Source of the DNA: an uncultured virus (IMG/VR IMGVR_UViG_3300021963_000091) | Taxonomy: Duplodnaviria; Heunggongvirae; Uroviricota; Caudoviricetes | DNA length: 20,000 nt | Virus record (IMG/VR): IMGVR_UViG_3300021963_000091 | Direction: 5' to 3' (one strand) | In this document: positions 7,974 to 16,910 of the stretch, in pieces | Layout of the letters: every line of letters starts with the position of its first letter | Numbering within the stretch: position 1 is the stretch's first letter | The notes under the pieces: model-generated | The model's database searches: none | The model's input: the letters and a program-made list of their open reading frames with translations, nothing else | What the model was told of the DNA's origin: nothing | Made by a program: the position numbers and the translations under genes

Positions 7974-8864
7974 TTAGTGTCCGATCTGTCTGCCGGCTTT
8001 AACTGTAGACTGAACTACTCGCTTCTTAGGGTCATGTAGATCCGACTCCTTAGCTTCGCCCTGGTTATAACCTACTTTATAGTCACTAACGTTCTGAGCC
8101 TTACCGCCGGCGACCTTACCGGCTACACCGCCTACCTTGTTATTCTTATGCTGGAGTTTCTCGCCTTCAGAATTTTTAACCTCTTTCATCTCGATCTCTT
8201 CCTTCATTGCAGCGGCGGTCGTCGCGCAACCACCTTCTTCGCCTTCTTCGGCACTAGCGTAGTCTTCTTCGCCTTCTTCGAGACTGGCGTCGTCATCTTC
8301 AAAGCCTCCTTCATTTTTATCTTCGATACCCTCTTCGTCGCCGATTTTGGCGCGTAGATCGTCGAGAAGATCCTGAATTTGGTCAAGCATGTCGTTAGGA
8401 GACATATCGGATTTAAAATCAGCATCTGCATCAGCATCGATATCATCGACACCAGCGCCGTCCACCTCAGGCATGGCGGCAATATCTTCAACAGCTTCAA
8501 TATCGTGATCTTCGAGGCGTAGCTTGTCGTTGATTACATCTTTAAATAAATCATCAAATTTCTTGCTCATGTAAGTATTTATTTCCTTTGATTCATTTTT
8601 TTGCGAGAATCTTGCAGGTTCTTGTAAATTTTTTTTCATCTTACCCTTTGACATAGTTTTTGGGTCTATAATGTTTTTGTCGACGCCGCTTGCATTTTCG
8701 GGGCCAGTACCTTTAACGAATGCTTTATCGAAAGCCTTGGCTATCTTGGGGTTTTTATCGGTTGCAATCTTAAAGGTATCCTTTGGAATACTATGCTTCG
8801 CGGCCTCGTTTAGAGTAGCGCTGTATAGATTACTGATAAGTGTGAGGTCGTTTTTACTATTCAT
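7974..8864 (-). CDS. Late protein with basic-acidic-basic blocks; candidate prohead core, scaffold or internal protein
   Basis: 296 aa with a very D/E-rich centre and K-rich ends; own promoter and terminator; visibly GC-richer codon usage. Confidence 0.75.
   Translation of the reverse strand: MNSKNDLTLISNLYSATLNEAAKHSIPKDTFKIATDKNPKIAKAFDKAFVKGTGPENASGVDKNIIDPKTMSKGKMKKNLQEPARFSQKNESKEINTYMSKKFDDLFKDVINDKLRLEDHDIEAVEDIAAMPEVDGAGVDDIDADADADFKSDMSPNDMLDQIQDLLDDLRAKIGDEEGIEDKNEGGFEDDDASLEEGEEDYASAEEGEEGGCATTAAAMKEEIEMKEVKNSEGEKLQHKNNKVGGVAGKVAGGKAQNVSDYKVGYNQGEAKESDLHDPKKRVVQSTVKAGRQIGH
8576..8581 (-). promoter_or_regulatory. Intragenic late promoter box before in-frame Met99
   Basis: Minus strand reads AATAAATA-CTTAC-ATG (ATG at 8570). 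Confidence 0.55.
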
Positions 8865-8869
8865 GTACG

Positions 8870-8881
8870 TAAATATACTTA
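8870..8881. promoter_or_regulatory. Interlocked divergent late promoter boxes
   Basis: + strand TAAATA at 8870-8875 (7 nt before terminase ATG); - strand TAAGTA at 8881-8876 (11 nt before ATG 8864). The intergenic gap is 18 bp. Confidence 0.55.
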
Positions 8882-8882
8882 T

Positions 8883-11696
8883 ATGCCACGTGAAGTAAAA
8901 AAAGAGTTTTATCTCGGAAATAAAAACCTACCTACTCAGCACGCGGAATTCGATTATAGCGATAACCCTAACTGGATACAGAATCTTAACAAATGTAGGA
9001 GCAATATCCTATATTTTGCAGAGAATTTCTTCTTTATTATCAATCTCGATAAGGGTAAGATGTTAATTGAGTTACACAAATATCAAAAAAGAATACTAAA
9101 AACTTTAAGAGATAATAGGTTTGTTATTATGTTGTCGAGTAGACAGAGCGGTAAAGCTCTAGCGCTCGATACACCTATACCTTCTCCAACCGGCTGGAGA
9201 ACGATGGGTGATCTCAAAGACGGTGATATTGTTTATGACATGCACGGGCGACCTTGCGCTGTCGTCCAGGTACATGACATAATGCATAACCGGGACTGCT
9301 ATGAAGTCGAATTCGATAACGGTGAGAAGATCGTGGCTGACGGTGAGCATTTATGGTTTACACAAACAAGACGTGACCGCATTGCAGGTAGTGACGGCTC
9401 AGTTCGGAGCACCGTCGAAATTAAGGACACCCTGAACGCTGGAGGTAAGAGAGAGGAGCCTAATCATAGGATACCGACTGTTATATCAGGAGTCACAGGC
9501 GAACATAGAGATTTACCTATAGATCCGTATGTCTTAGGTATGTGGCTAGGAGATGGTTGTGCTGATACTTCAACGATTACTGTCGGTAAGCGAGATGTTA
9601 ATGATTTAATTGATATTCTAAAGACACAATGTAAGCAGTTTGATAAGCTCGTCCTACATGAATATAAGGACGGGGTATATAGCTTGAGGATTACTGTAAA
9701 AGAAAAGGTTAAATCTAATAGTCTTAACACCCTACTGCGTAGTACTAACCTATTAGGTAATAAACACATACCACCTGAGTACCTATTAGCTAGTAGGGAG
9801 CAGAGACTAGAATTACTCAGAGGATTAATCGATAGTGACGGTTATATCGATGATAGAGGTAATGCGAATTTCTATAACACTAATCAAGGTCTTGTTTTAC
9901 AAACAAAAAAACTAGTAGAGAGTCTCGGTTATAAGGTCACATATAAAACCTATATTCCTAAACTCAATGGTGTTGAATGCAAGGAGTCAGGTGTATTATG
10001 CTTCAAGCCGATTGAGTATGTATGCAAGCTTGCGTTCAAGCGGAACAGAATTAAGTGCAGAGAATTTATCAATGACACCAGTCTCAGGTCGCAATGGCAT
10101 TATATTAAAAGCGTTAAGAAAGTAGAGTCCGTACCTGTAAGGTGTATAACTGTCGATAGCCCGGGTAATCTGTATCTATGTGGAAATCAATACATTCCGA
10201 CCCACAATACTACAATTATGACGATATACGCTTTATGGATAGCATGCTTCCAGGAAGATCAGCGTATTCTTGTTGTTGCTAATAAAGAGCTAACTGCAAT
10301 TAATATCTTTAAGCGTATTCGAATGGCGTATGAACAGTTACCTAACTACCTAAAACCGGGTGTTATTGAATATGGCAAGACTTCCATGACTCTTGCTAAC
10401 GGCTCTAGTATAGGTATCTCAACTACATCAAGTGACGCTGGCCGTGGTGATTCGTGTAATGTTTTGATTTTGGACGAGCTTGCTTTTATCGATAACCACA
10501 TGGTAACTGAGTTTTGGCGATCCGTATACCCCATTATTTCGTCTTCACAGAAGTCGAAGATCTTTATAGCATCAACACCGAACGGATCAGACAATTTATT
10601 TTATGATTTATATAAAGGCGCTGAAAAAAATAATAACGGCTGGACCGGTGAGCGCGTCGATTGGTGGGAAGTCCCGGGTAGAGATGAGGATTGGAAGGCC
10701 AATACTATAAAATCTCTAGGAAGTTCAGAAGCATTTTCGCAAGAGTTTTGTAATGTATTTCTAAAAACAGGTGAGAGCGTAGTTGATGAATCACTTTTCG
10801 AGAAGCTTAAAGAGGATATTAAAGAGCCTGCGTTTATATTTGATGATGGTCATTATCTGGTGTGGGAGCCGCCGTCTCAGGATAAAATCTATGTTGCAGG
10901 AGTAGATGTAAGCGAAGGCGTAGGTCAAGCTGCGTCAGTTATTCAAATTTTCGATATAACAGATCTTAAAAATATCGAGCAAGTTGCTGTATATCACAAC
11001 AACACTATTAATCCTATACAATTTATAGCCAAGTGTTTAGAGGTGTTTCAAAACTGGGGCAACCCACCTGCGTGCATAGAGAGAAACAACTGCGGTTCGC
11101 AGGTAGTAGATCAACTGAGAGCTCAACACAGTTATCAAAACATAGTATCATACGGACCAAAGATTGGGAGTAACGTCTATGCCCGTCTAGGTATATTAGC
11201 TCATACTAACACCAAATATAAGGGTGTTATGAATATGAGATATTATTTAAACGAACTTAGGGCCGTTAAGATACGAGATATTCGTACGCTTACAGAACTT
11301 AGAAACTTTGTAAGAAGTGCTAATGGTACGTGGGGTGCTGCTGCAGGTTCTGATAGCTGGGATGATAGAGTGATGAGTTTAATATGGGCACTCATAATTT
11401 TAGAAAATGAATTAGCCGACAAGTACTTCGAAATAATAGATAAAGATGCAAACGAACGACCACTATTAATAAAGCGGTTTGATTACGGTATAAGAGAGTT
11501 TATAGATCCTACGCAAACATTAATAAATTTGAAAACGAAAACGGAGTTGGATCTACCTATACTCATAAGTGGTGATAATTATACCTCACCATACGATGTA
11601 GATATAGAACAATTACGCAGTGATGGTTGGAGAATGCCCGATGAGCCCCATGATTCGGGATGGAGAACATTAAATACTAATAGTCGCTATGAGTGA
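8883..11696 (+). CDS. terL: Terminase large subunit (T4 gp17-like), intein-containing; 586 aa after splicing
   Basis: Adenine-binding YQ motif; Walker A SRQSGK|TT restored by splicing; Walker B LILDELAF; ASTPNG; nuclease AGVDVSEGVG and DDRVMS. Confidence 0.96.
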   Translation: MPREVKKEFYLGNKNLPTQHAEFDYSDNPNWIQNLNKCRSNILYFAENFFFIINLDKGKMLIELHKYQKRILKTLRDNRFVIMLSSRQSGKALALDTPIPSPTGWRTMGDLKDGDIVYDMHGRPCAVVQVHDIMHNRDCYEVEFDNGEKIVADGEHLWFTQTRRDRIAGSDGSVRSTVEIKDTLNAGGKREEPNHRIPTVISGVTGEHRDLPIDPYVLGMWLGDGCADTSTITVGKRDVNDLIDILKTQCKQFDKLVLHEYKDGVYSLRITVKEKVKSNSLNTLLRSTNLLGNKHIPPEYLLASREQRLELLRGLIDSDGYIDDRGNANFYNTNQGLVLQTKKLVESLGYKVTYKTYIPKLNGVECKESGVLCFKPIEYVCKLAFKRNRIKCREFINDTSLRSQWHYIKSVKKVESVPVRCITVDSPGNLYLCGNQYIPTHNTTIMTIYALWIACFQEDQRILVVANKELTAINIFKRIRMAYEQLPNYLKPGVIEYGKTSMTLANGSSIGISTTSSDAGRGDSCNVLILDELAFIDNHMVTEFWRSVYPIISSSQKSKIFIASTPNGSDNLFYDLYKGAEKNNNGWTGERVDWWEVPGRDEDWKANTIKSLGSSEAFSQEFCNVFLKTGESVVDESLFEKLKEDIKEPAFIFDDGHYLVWEPPSQDKIYVAGVDVSEGVGQAASVIQIFDITDLKNIEQVAVYHNNTINPIQFIAKCLEVFQNWGNPPACIERNNCGSQVVDQLRAQHSYQNIVSYGPKIGSNVYARLGILAHTNTKYKGVMNMRYYLNELRAVKIRDIRTLTELRNFVRSANGTWGAAAGSDSWDDRVMSLIWALIILENELADKYFEIIDKDANERPLLIKRFDYGIREFIDPTQTLINLKTKTELDLPILISGDNYTSPYDVDIEQLRSDGWRMPDEPHDSGWRTLNTNSRYE
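9156..10208 (+). mobile_element. Class 3 intein (351 aa) with LAGLIDADG homing endonuclease
   Basis: Begins ALALDTPIP; block B ADGEHLW; LAGLIDADG motifs YVLGMWLGDG and LLRGLIDSDG; block F VRCITVD; ends PTHN followed by extein Thr. Confidence 0.95.
11671..11676 (+). promoter_or_regulatory. Putative late promoter box (TAAATA) inside the terL 3' end
   Basis: ATTAAATA ends 12 nt before ATG 11689. Confidence 0.45.
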
Positions 11697-12330
11697 TTAT
11701 ATTCAATCGCCGTTCAATAAAGTACGTAAGGATAAGTTTATAATGGTCATACCAGTCCCTAAAGGGCTTAAAGGAATGATTCGTAAATTTGCACATAATG
11801 ATTTATATGCAGACCCTGATACATTTACCATGTCGGTGTATGGGGTGATAGCCCCGGCTATTAAAGTCCCCTCTATTGATAATAAATATGCAGGACAATC
11901 CGTAAAAGTTTCAAGCCATAGTCGTTTAACGTATCCGACCTTAACTGTTAACTTTACAGTTGATAACAGATTTAATAATTACTGGTTCATATATAAGTGG
12001 TTAGATATATTAAACGACGATAAAAAATCAATATACGACAGCAATGATATTGTCGATGTAACTAATTTGCCGAGTAAATTGGTAAATGGTGCCGATGTTC
12101 ATGTAGGTACATATAGTAAGCAACTGCAATACTACTCGACTGATATATCAATATTCGCTTTAGACGAATACGAAAAAAGGGTAGCAGAGTTCGTTTATAC
12201 TGGGGCTTTCCCGAGTACTTTAGGAGGAATTGATCTATCTTATAGAGATGGCAGCGAAATCGATATAACAGCGGAATTTGAATATAGTCAATTTGCTGTT
12301 TCTTTAATAGAGCAAGTTGATTCTATATAA
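11689..12330 (+). CDS. Tail completion / tube terminator protein, T4 gp3-like (tail-tube fold)
   Basis: YPTLTVNFTVDNRFNNYWFIYKWL, ISIFALDE, FVYTGAFPSTLGGIDLSY and FEYSQF follow the gp3/gp19 family pattern. Confidence 0.7.
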   Translation: MSDYIQSPFNKVRKDKFIMVIPVPKGLKGMIRKFAHNDLYADPDTFTMSVYGVIAPAIKVPSIDNKYAGQSVKVSSHSRLTYPTLTVNFTVDNRFNNYWFIYKWLDILNDDKKSIYDSNDIVDVTNLPSKLVNGADVHVGTYSKQLQYYSTDISIFALDEYEKRVAEFVYTGAFPSTLGGIDLSYRDGSEIDITAEFEYSQFAVSLIEQVDSI

Positions 12331-12364
12331 TAAGTGAATAATGATGAAAAATATTTTTTGCAAC

Positions 12365-12372
12365 TATAAATA
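12365..12372 (+). promoter_or_regulatory. T4 late promoter consensus TATAAATA
   Basis: Exact consensus 7 nt before the sheath ATG. Confidence 0.85.
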
Positions 12373-12379
12373 ATTATAT

Positions 12380-14722
12380 ATGGCACGACTTGAATCTCCT
12401 GGGGTATCGATTAACGAAGTTGATCTTTCGTTACGTCCAATACGATCTGCTGCGACTACTATCTTCATTCCTGGTTTTGCTCAGAAGGGACCGACAGATG
12501 ACGCTATTAAGATCGCCAGCATATCTGAATTTGAACAAATTTACGGTAAGCCGACAAACGGTGCAGAAAGATATTTCTATCACACTGTCTATGCAGCTCT
12601 TCAGAGTCCTGCAGATGTATTAGTTACTAGACTACCTTATGGTACTGCTGTCGATAATTATAGCGTCTTAGGTTTTCCTGCAATATATCTGTCTGCTGGT
12701 GATTGTACCGGTGGCGTCGCGGCCTTAACAGCACAGCACTATATTCAAACAAGCGGTGTTTATATGCTCGGTGCACCTACGCATTATACTCTAACTCGGC
12801 CACAGTATGACAGCTGGTTACAGGGCAGTCTATTTGCCTACAGTACAGCATGCGGTCAAAGCACGTTAAACAGTAACATCTCCTCTCTAAAGCATGCTGC
12901 ACTAATAATTGCAAATCAGTCTCAATCAGATGTAAGCTCTCAAAAGGAGGGGTACTACATCGGTATTGTAGATAATACAACCTTATCTCCGGGGCTCGAG
13001 AATAAATCAATTCGTAGAATATATACTCTATCTAGTGAAGATAGTTTTGAAATTTTAAGCACCGACCGAATCGGGTCCGCGCTAACTGGTGGTGATACGG
13101 AAGAAGGCAGTGTATCACAGATAATCGAATCCGGAGCATCGTCGTTTGATCTGACTCAGGATAGATCGTATGATGATATATTATCAATTTGTGTATTTAA
13201 ACTGAGCCAATCTGTTTTCAGTAAGAATAGTATTCAATTAAGTGTAAACTTAAACGAAGTATATCAAGGTTCCCTTGATTCTCATAGGCAGCAAAACAGC
13301 GATCAAGGAGGACCTGCTACGAGCTACTTTATAGATACTATCGCATCAAAGTCTCCTAATATAATTGTTAAGACGAATCCGTATCTCAGTAGAATAATTC
13401 AAGGGAATACGTATCTCGGTAACAACGGTTTACCAACTGTCAAGATAAGAATAGCTAGCCCCGGGTTGACCGATAGTCCTAATCTAGATACTATAAATCA
13501 GTTTACTAGTGCGGCTAACGCGCAAAATAGATGCGATTTTATTGGGTTATCCGGTACCGCTAGTATTCAAGACGCAGTCGCAGCAATTGGCCCAGCCGAT
13601 GCCCTATACCCGGCTGGCGTATATAATCCGGTCGATCTCAGCGTTAAAATAATTGGTAATGTTCCTACTAAGTTAACTAAAATTTTCGATACTTTTAAGA
13701 ATTCAGATGTATTTCCGTTTGATATAGCTGTCGAGGCTGGTCTTGGTACTATATTTGCCGCGGCCTGTGCTAACGACGGGTCGTTTGATGACTTTACATA
13801 TTTCGATATAGGCTCCGCAGCTTCCTCAACTGGTGCAGCTACTAAGTTATATAAACAAAGTCAGCCTGATAGTACTGATCCCAGTACTAGTAACTATAGG
13901 GCTGTGCTCAATACATTCCAGGCACTAGTAGACGATGTTTCTAGAAAAGATTTTATTATAATCGCAGATCCTATTATTAACATCTTTATACAAGGCGGCA
14001 CATTTAAAAATATTAATAAGGAAAGTGCAACTATTAGTAAGGATATCTACTATCCGCTCAGGAATCTATATGCTTCATATAATACGAGCTATATTACTAC
14101 ATATGCAACCTGTGTAAAGGTAAGCGACCCGTCGTCCGGTATGTTTACGTGGGTGCCGTTCTCTGGTTATGCTGCGAGTATTATGGCAAATACGGACGCC
14201 AACTTCCAACCGTGGTATGCTCCTGCCGGGTTTACCCGAGGGATTGTAGGTAATGCACTCGATATTGCGATATACCCGAGACAGAAGGATCGTGATACTT
14301 TATACAAGAGTTCCTTTAACCCGGTTGCATTCTTTCCGAACGAAGGATTCGTTATATACGGTCAAAAGACACTACTCAAGAAGCCGTCTGCGTTCGATAG
14401 AATTAATGTTCGTAGATTGTTTATTGCACTAGAAAAGGTCACGAAAGAAACTCTCAAATTCTTCGTATTTGAACCAAACACCCTACTTACCAGGACTCGG
14501 GTTATTAATACTTTAACACCAATCTTCGAAAATGCTAAGAATACCGAAGGCGTTTATGATTACTTGATCATCTGCGATGAGAGAAATAATACCCCTGATA
14601 TAATCGACGCTAATGAATTGGTAGTCGATATTTACCTTAAGCCGGTTAGAACTGCAGAGTTTATTCTCTGTAACTTCTATGCAACTAGAACCAGCGTTGA
14701 CTTTCAAGAGATAGTTGGTTAG
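12380..14722 (+). CDS. Tail sheath protein, T4 gp18-like
   Basis: N-terminal LESPGVSINEVDLS, GFAQKGP, IYGKP. C-terminal PWYAPAGFTRG, YGQKTL, SAFDRINVRRLF, FEPN, CDERNNTP, DIYLKPVRTAEFI. Confidence 0.97.
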   Translation: MARLESPGVSINEVDLSLRPIRSAATTIFIPGFAQKGPTDDAIKIASISEFEQIYGKPTNGAERYFYHTVYAALQSPADVLVTRLPYGTAVDNYSVLGFPAIYLSAGDCTGGVAALTAQHYIQTSGVYMLGAPTHYTLTRPQYDSWLQGSLFAYSTACGQSTLNSNISSLKHAALIIANQSQSDVSSQKEGYYIGIVDNTTLSPGLENKSIRRIYTLSSEDSFEILSTDRIGSALTGGDTEEGSVSQIIESGASSFDLTQDRSYDDILSICVFKLSQSVFSKNSIQLSVNLNEVYQGSLDSHRQQNSDQGGPATSYFIDTIASKSPNIIVKTNPYLSRIIQGNTYLGNNGLPTVKIRIASPGLTDSPNLDTINQFTSAANAQNRCDFIGLSGTASIQDAVAAIGPADALYPAGVYNPVDLSVKIIGNVPTKLTKIFDTFKNSDVFPFDIAVEAGLGTIFAAACANDGSFDDFTYFDIGSAASSTGAATKLYKQSQPDSTDPSTSNYRAVLNTFQALVDDVSRKDFIIIADPIINIFIQGGTFKNINKESATISKDIYYPLRNLYASYNTSYITTYATCVKVSDPSSGMFTWVPFSGYAASIMANTDANFQPWYAPAGFTRGIVGNALDIAIYPRQKDRDTLYKSSFNPVAFFPNEGFVIYGQKTLLKKPSAFDRINVRRLFIALEKVTKETLKFFVFEPNTLLTRTRVINTLTPIFENAKNTEGVYDYLIICDERNNTPDIIDANELVVDIYLKPVRTAEFILCNFYATRTSVDFQEIVG

Positions 14723-14780
14723 TTATTCTATTTTAATATAAAAATCTGCAATCTAATTCCTAAGAAGATTAGCTGCTAGC

Positions 14781-14788
14781 TATAAATA
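14781..14788 (+). promoter_or_regulatory. T4 late promoter consensus TATAAATA
   Basis: Exact consensus 5 nt before the tube ATG. Confidence 0.85.
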
Positions 14789-14793
14789 ATTAC

Positions 14794-15336
14794 ATGGCTG
14801 ACGTAAAACAATCAATCACAGATTTCTACCGAGTAGCGCAGAATCGCGACTTTGCGCGTGATTTTAACTTTAGACTACTCTCAATCGACACAGGCGGCGC
14901 AACTTCTGCAACATATGATGAGGATGATTTAGTATATCTAAAGTCAGCTACTTTACCTGCGCGTGACATTACAAACGTACCAATACCGTACATGGGATTA
15001 ACGTTTAACGTACCAGGTGGTGCTACTTACCCGGGTAGTGCGGCGTATTCTCTTAAATTCTATGCTGATGCTCAGTCCAAGATTCGGCAGAAGTTCGAGC
15101 AGTGGTCGCGTGACGTTTTTGATGATGCAAACAGCACCGGTAATTACTTTACTCCGCGCGCAACGTCAACTATTAACATGGTTCAGCTAGACAATCAGCT
15201 TACGAAAATCGCACAATATAAATTAGTTGGTGTTAGTATTATTACCTGTGGCGCCCTTGGTTACGATATGACCGGTGGGGGTAGTGCGATAGAGTTTGAT
15301 GCAACAGTATCTTACCATTACTGGACACGCAGCTAG
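14794..15336 (+). CDS. Tail tube protein, T4 gp19-like
   Basis: 180 aa directly after the sheath; KSATLP, IPYMG, IRQKFEQW, MVQLD, FDATVSYHYW. Confidence 0.88.
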   Translation: MADVKQSITDFYRVAQNRDFARDFNFRLLSIDTGGATSATYDEDDLVYLKSATLPARDITNVPIPYMGLTFNVPGGATYPGSAAYSLKFYADAQSKIRQKFEQWSRDVFDDANSTGNYFTPRATSTINMVQLDNQLTKIAQYKLVGVSIITCGALGYDMTGGGSAIEFDATVSYHYWTRS

Positions 15337-15352
15337 TATTAAAACTATACAC

Positions 15353-15387
15353 AAAATAGCCTGCTATGCAAATAGCAGGCTATTTTT
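15353..15387 (+). terminator. Rho-independent terminator, potentially bidirectional
   Basis: AAAATAGCCTGCTAT-GCAA-ATAGCAGGCTATTTT(T): perfect 15-bp stem with a GNRA tetraloop. Confidence 0.9.
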
Positions 15388-15394
15388 ATAAGTA
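15387..15394 (+). promoter_or_regulatory. Late promoter variant TATAAGTA abutting the terminator
   Basis: Ends 8 nt before ATG 15403. Confidence 0.65.
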
Positions 15395-15402
15395 ATGGTA
15401 TA

Positions 15403-16314
15403 ATGAACGACCCGTTTACTAGTGCGATTAGGTCGATCGGACAAAATATAAGTAAGATTGCAGGCGGCGAAAATCCTCTATTTGCGCCGCAGCTTGCTAA
15501 TTTATTCGGCTTCAATCTCCCCGGTGTACCTATCGTAAGTGCACGAGATTACTTTCTAACGCAAATGGAGTCTTGGAATACTTCTATTCCTATTAATACG
15601 CAGTGGATAGTAATAATAGATAAGTATCCAAAATGTATTAATACAGCTATTTTACAGGGTCTAGAGCGAGTTGACGGCGATAAGAAGGGATTTGATATTA
15701 ACCGCGCGGTGAGTATCCTAACATCATACCCCCTTCAAAACATAACAGGATGCATCTTCGCGCAGGGGGTAGATATACCGACTGATAGCTTAACTGTTGG
15801 TTCGGTTAACATACAAAACCATGCAGGCTATACTCCTGCTCCGATAGCAGGTGATCGAGTATACCCTAATCAGCTCACCATGCAGTTTCTAGAAACTAAT
15901 ACCTCCTTTACCGATTTTGTACTTAGACCGTGGGTAATAGCAGCATCACATTTTGGGTTTGTTGCACGGGATCCTGCTAACCGTAGTGAATCAATTAAGA
16001 ATGTAAAAGCGAACGTAACTATCTTACAATTTACTCGTACCTTTCGAGGCATTGCAATGATACCTCGAAAGATATGGAGATTTTATAATTGCTGCCCGAT
16101 TGAGATAGGTAGTCGTAGTATGGGGTATGATGATGCATCATCATTAACTGAGGGGCGCGGATTAATGTCTACTAAGTGGGTATACTCACACTATACATTA
16201 GAAACAAATTTCTACTTTCCTCTAGTAAGCATAATAGATAGAATTTCTAAAGGCACCCTACCAAGTATACTAGCTCCTCTCAGCAAAAACCTCGATATTA
16301 GAGGAATATTTTAA
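15403..16314 (+). CDS. Tail-tube-fold paralogue; probable baseplate-tube initiator (T4 gp54-like)
   Basis: IFAQGVDIP, LTMQFLETN, FVLRPW, VTILQF, WRFYNCCPIEIG and WVYSHY follow a tube-family pattern; 303 aa; follows the tube gene. Confidence 0.6.
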   Translation: MNDPFTSAIRSIGQNISKIAGGENPLFAPQLANLFGFNLPGVPIVSARDYFLTQMESWNTSIPINTQWIVIIDKYPKCINTAILQGLERVDGDKKGFDINRAVSILTSYPLQNITGCIFAQGVDIPTDSLTVGSVNIQNHAGYTPAPIAGDRVYPNQLTMQFLETNTSFTDFVLRPWVIAASHFGFVARDPANRSESIKNVKANVTILQFTRTFRGIAMIPRKIWRFYNCCPIEIGSRSMGYDDASSLTEGRGLMSTKWVYSHYTLETNFYFPLVSIIDRISKGTLPSILAPLSKNLDIRGIF

Positions 16315-16910
16315 GCAGCTGCCTGCGCAGGTGCAGGCATTTGAGTAGCAACCTGTGCCTGCGCTGGAGATTGGATAGGAGTCTGAGGAGGAGTCGGCAT
16401 AGGAGGTACCGATTCCCCTGTAAATGCTTGTAAAGCGGATTTTATTTTTCCTACGTACGGCCGGAGTTTTTCATTTTTACTAGCTTGGTCGAGAGCTCCG
16501 TCTATGAGACCTTTGTTAGATTTAATAGCCTGTTGTATTTTGGTTATCTTAGGACTTACTGTTACAACAGCCCGCCTGCCTTTAATAATACCTTTAGCTG
16601 CTACTCTACCAGTAGCTCCCAGAGGTTTAACTGTCTTAGCTGCTTTTGCAAGATAAATTGCAAGCCTGCCACCTTTACCGACAGCATCGCCTACTACAGG
16701 TATCATCGAAATTAACGATAAAGCTGCATTTAGATATTCGCCCTCTGTTGCATACCATATCGCGTTAGTAAGATCAAAGGCTGCTCCAGCACCGAATCCA
16801 GCATCTGCTACGACTCCACCTACATCCAATGCAATGTGGCCTGCTGTGTTGAGGATGCCTTCGTTTGCAGTTGTGTAAGCCTCCCAGATAAGTTGACTAT
16901 CGCTATTCAT
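16311..16910 (-). CDS. Late protein with pre-toxin-TG-like region, copy A (Pro/Gln/Ala-rich tail)
   Basis: HIALDVGG...FDLTNAIWYATEGEYLNAALSLISMIPVVGDAVGK; TAAATA box 9 nt upstream (16925-16920). Confidence 0.8.
   Translation of the reverse strand: MNSDSQLIWEAYTTANEGILNTAGHIALDVGGVVADAGFGAGAAFDLTNAIWYATEGEYLNAALSLISMIPVVGDAVGKGGRLAIYLAKAAKTVKPLGATGRVAAKGIIKGRRAVVTVSPKITKIQQAIKSNKGLIDGALDQASKNEKLRPYVGKIKSALQAFTGESVPPMPTPPQTPIQSPAQAQVATQMPAPAQAAA

Noticed and set aside
14723..14780. Terminator or structured RNA between sheath and tube
   Set aside because: Only a weak, bulged hairpin (GCAATCTAAT...ATTAGCTGC) with no U-tract.
330..16052. Short antisense or alternate-frame ORFs inside the clamp, rmlA, neck, terL, sheath and other genes
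   Set aside because: They lie largely or wholly within well-supported genes, with no motifs or promoter boxes.
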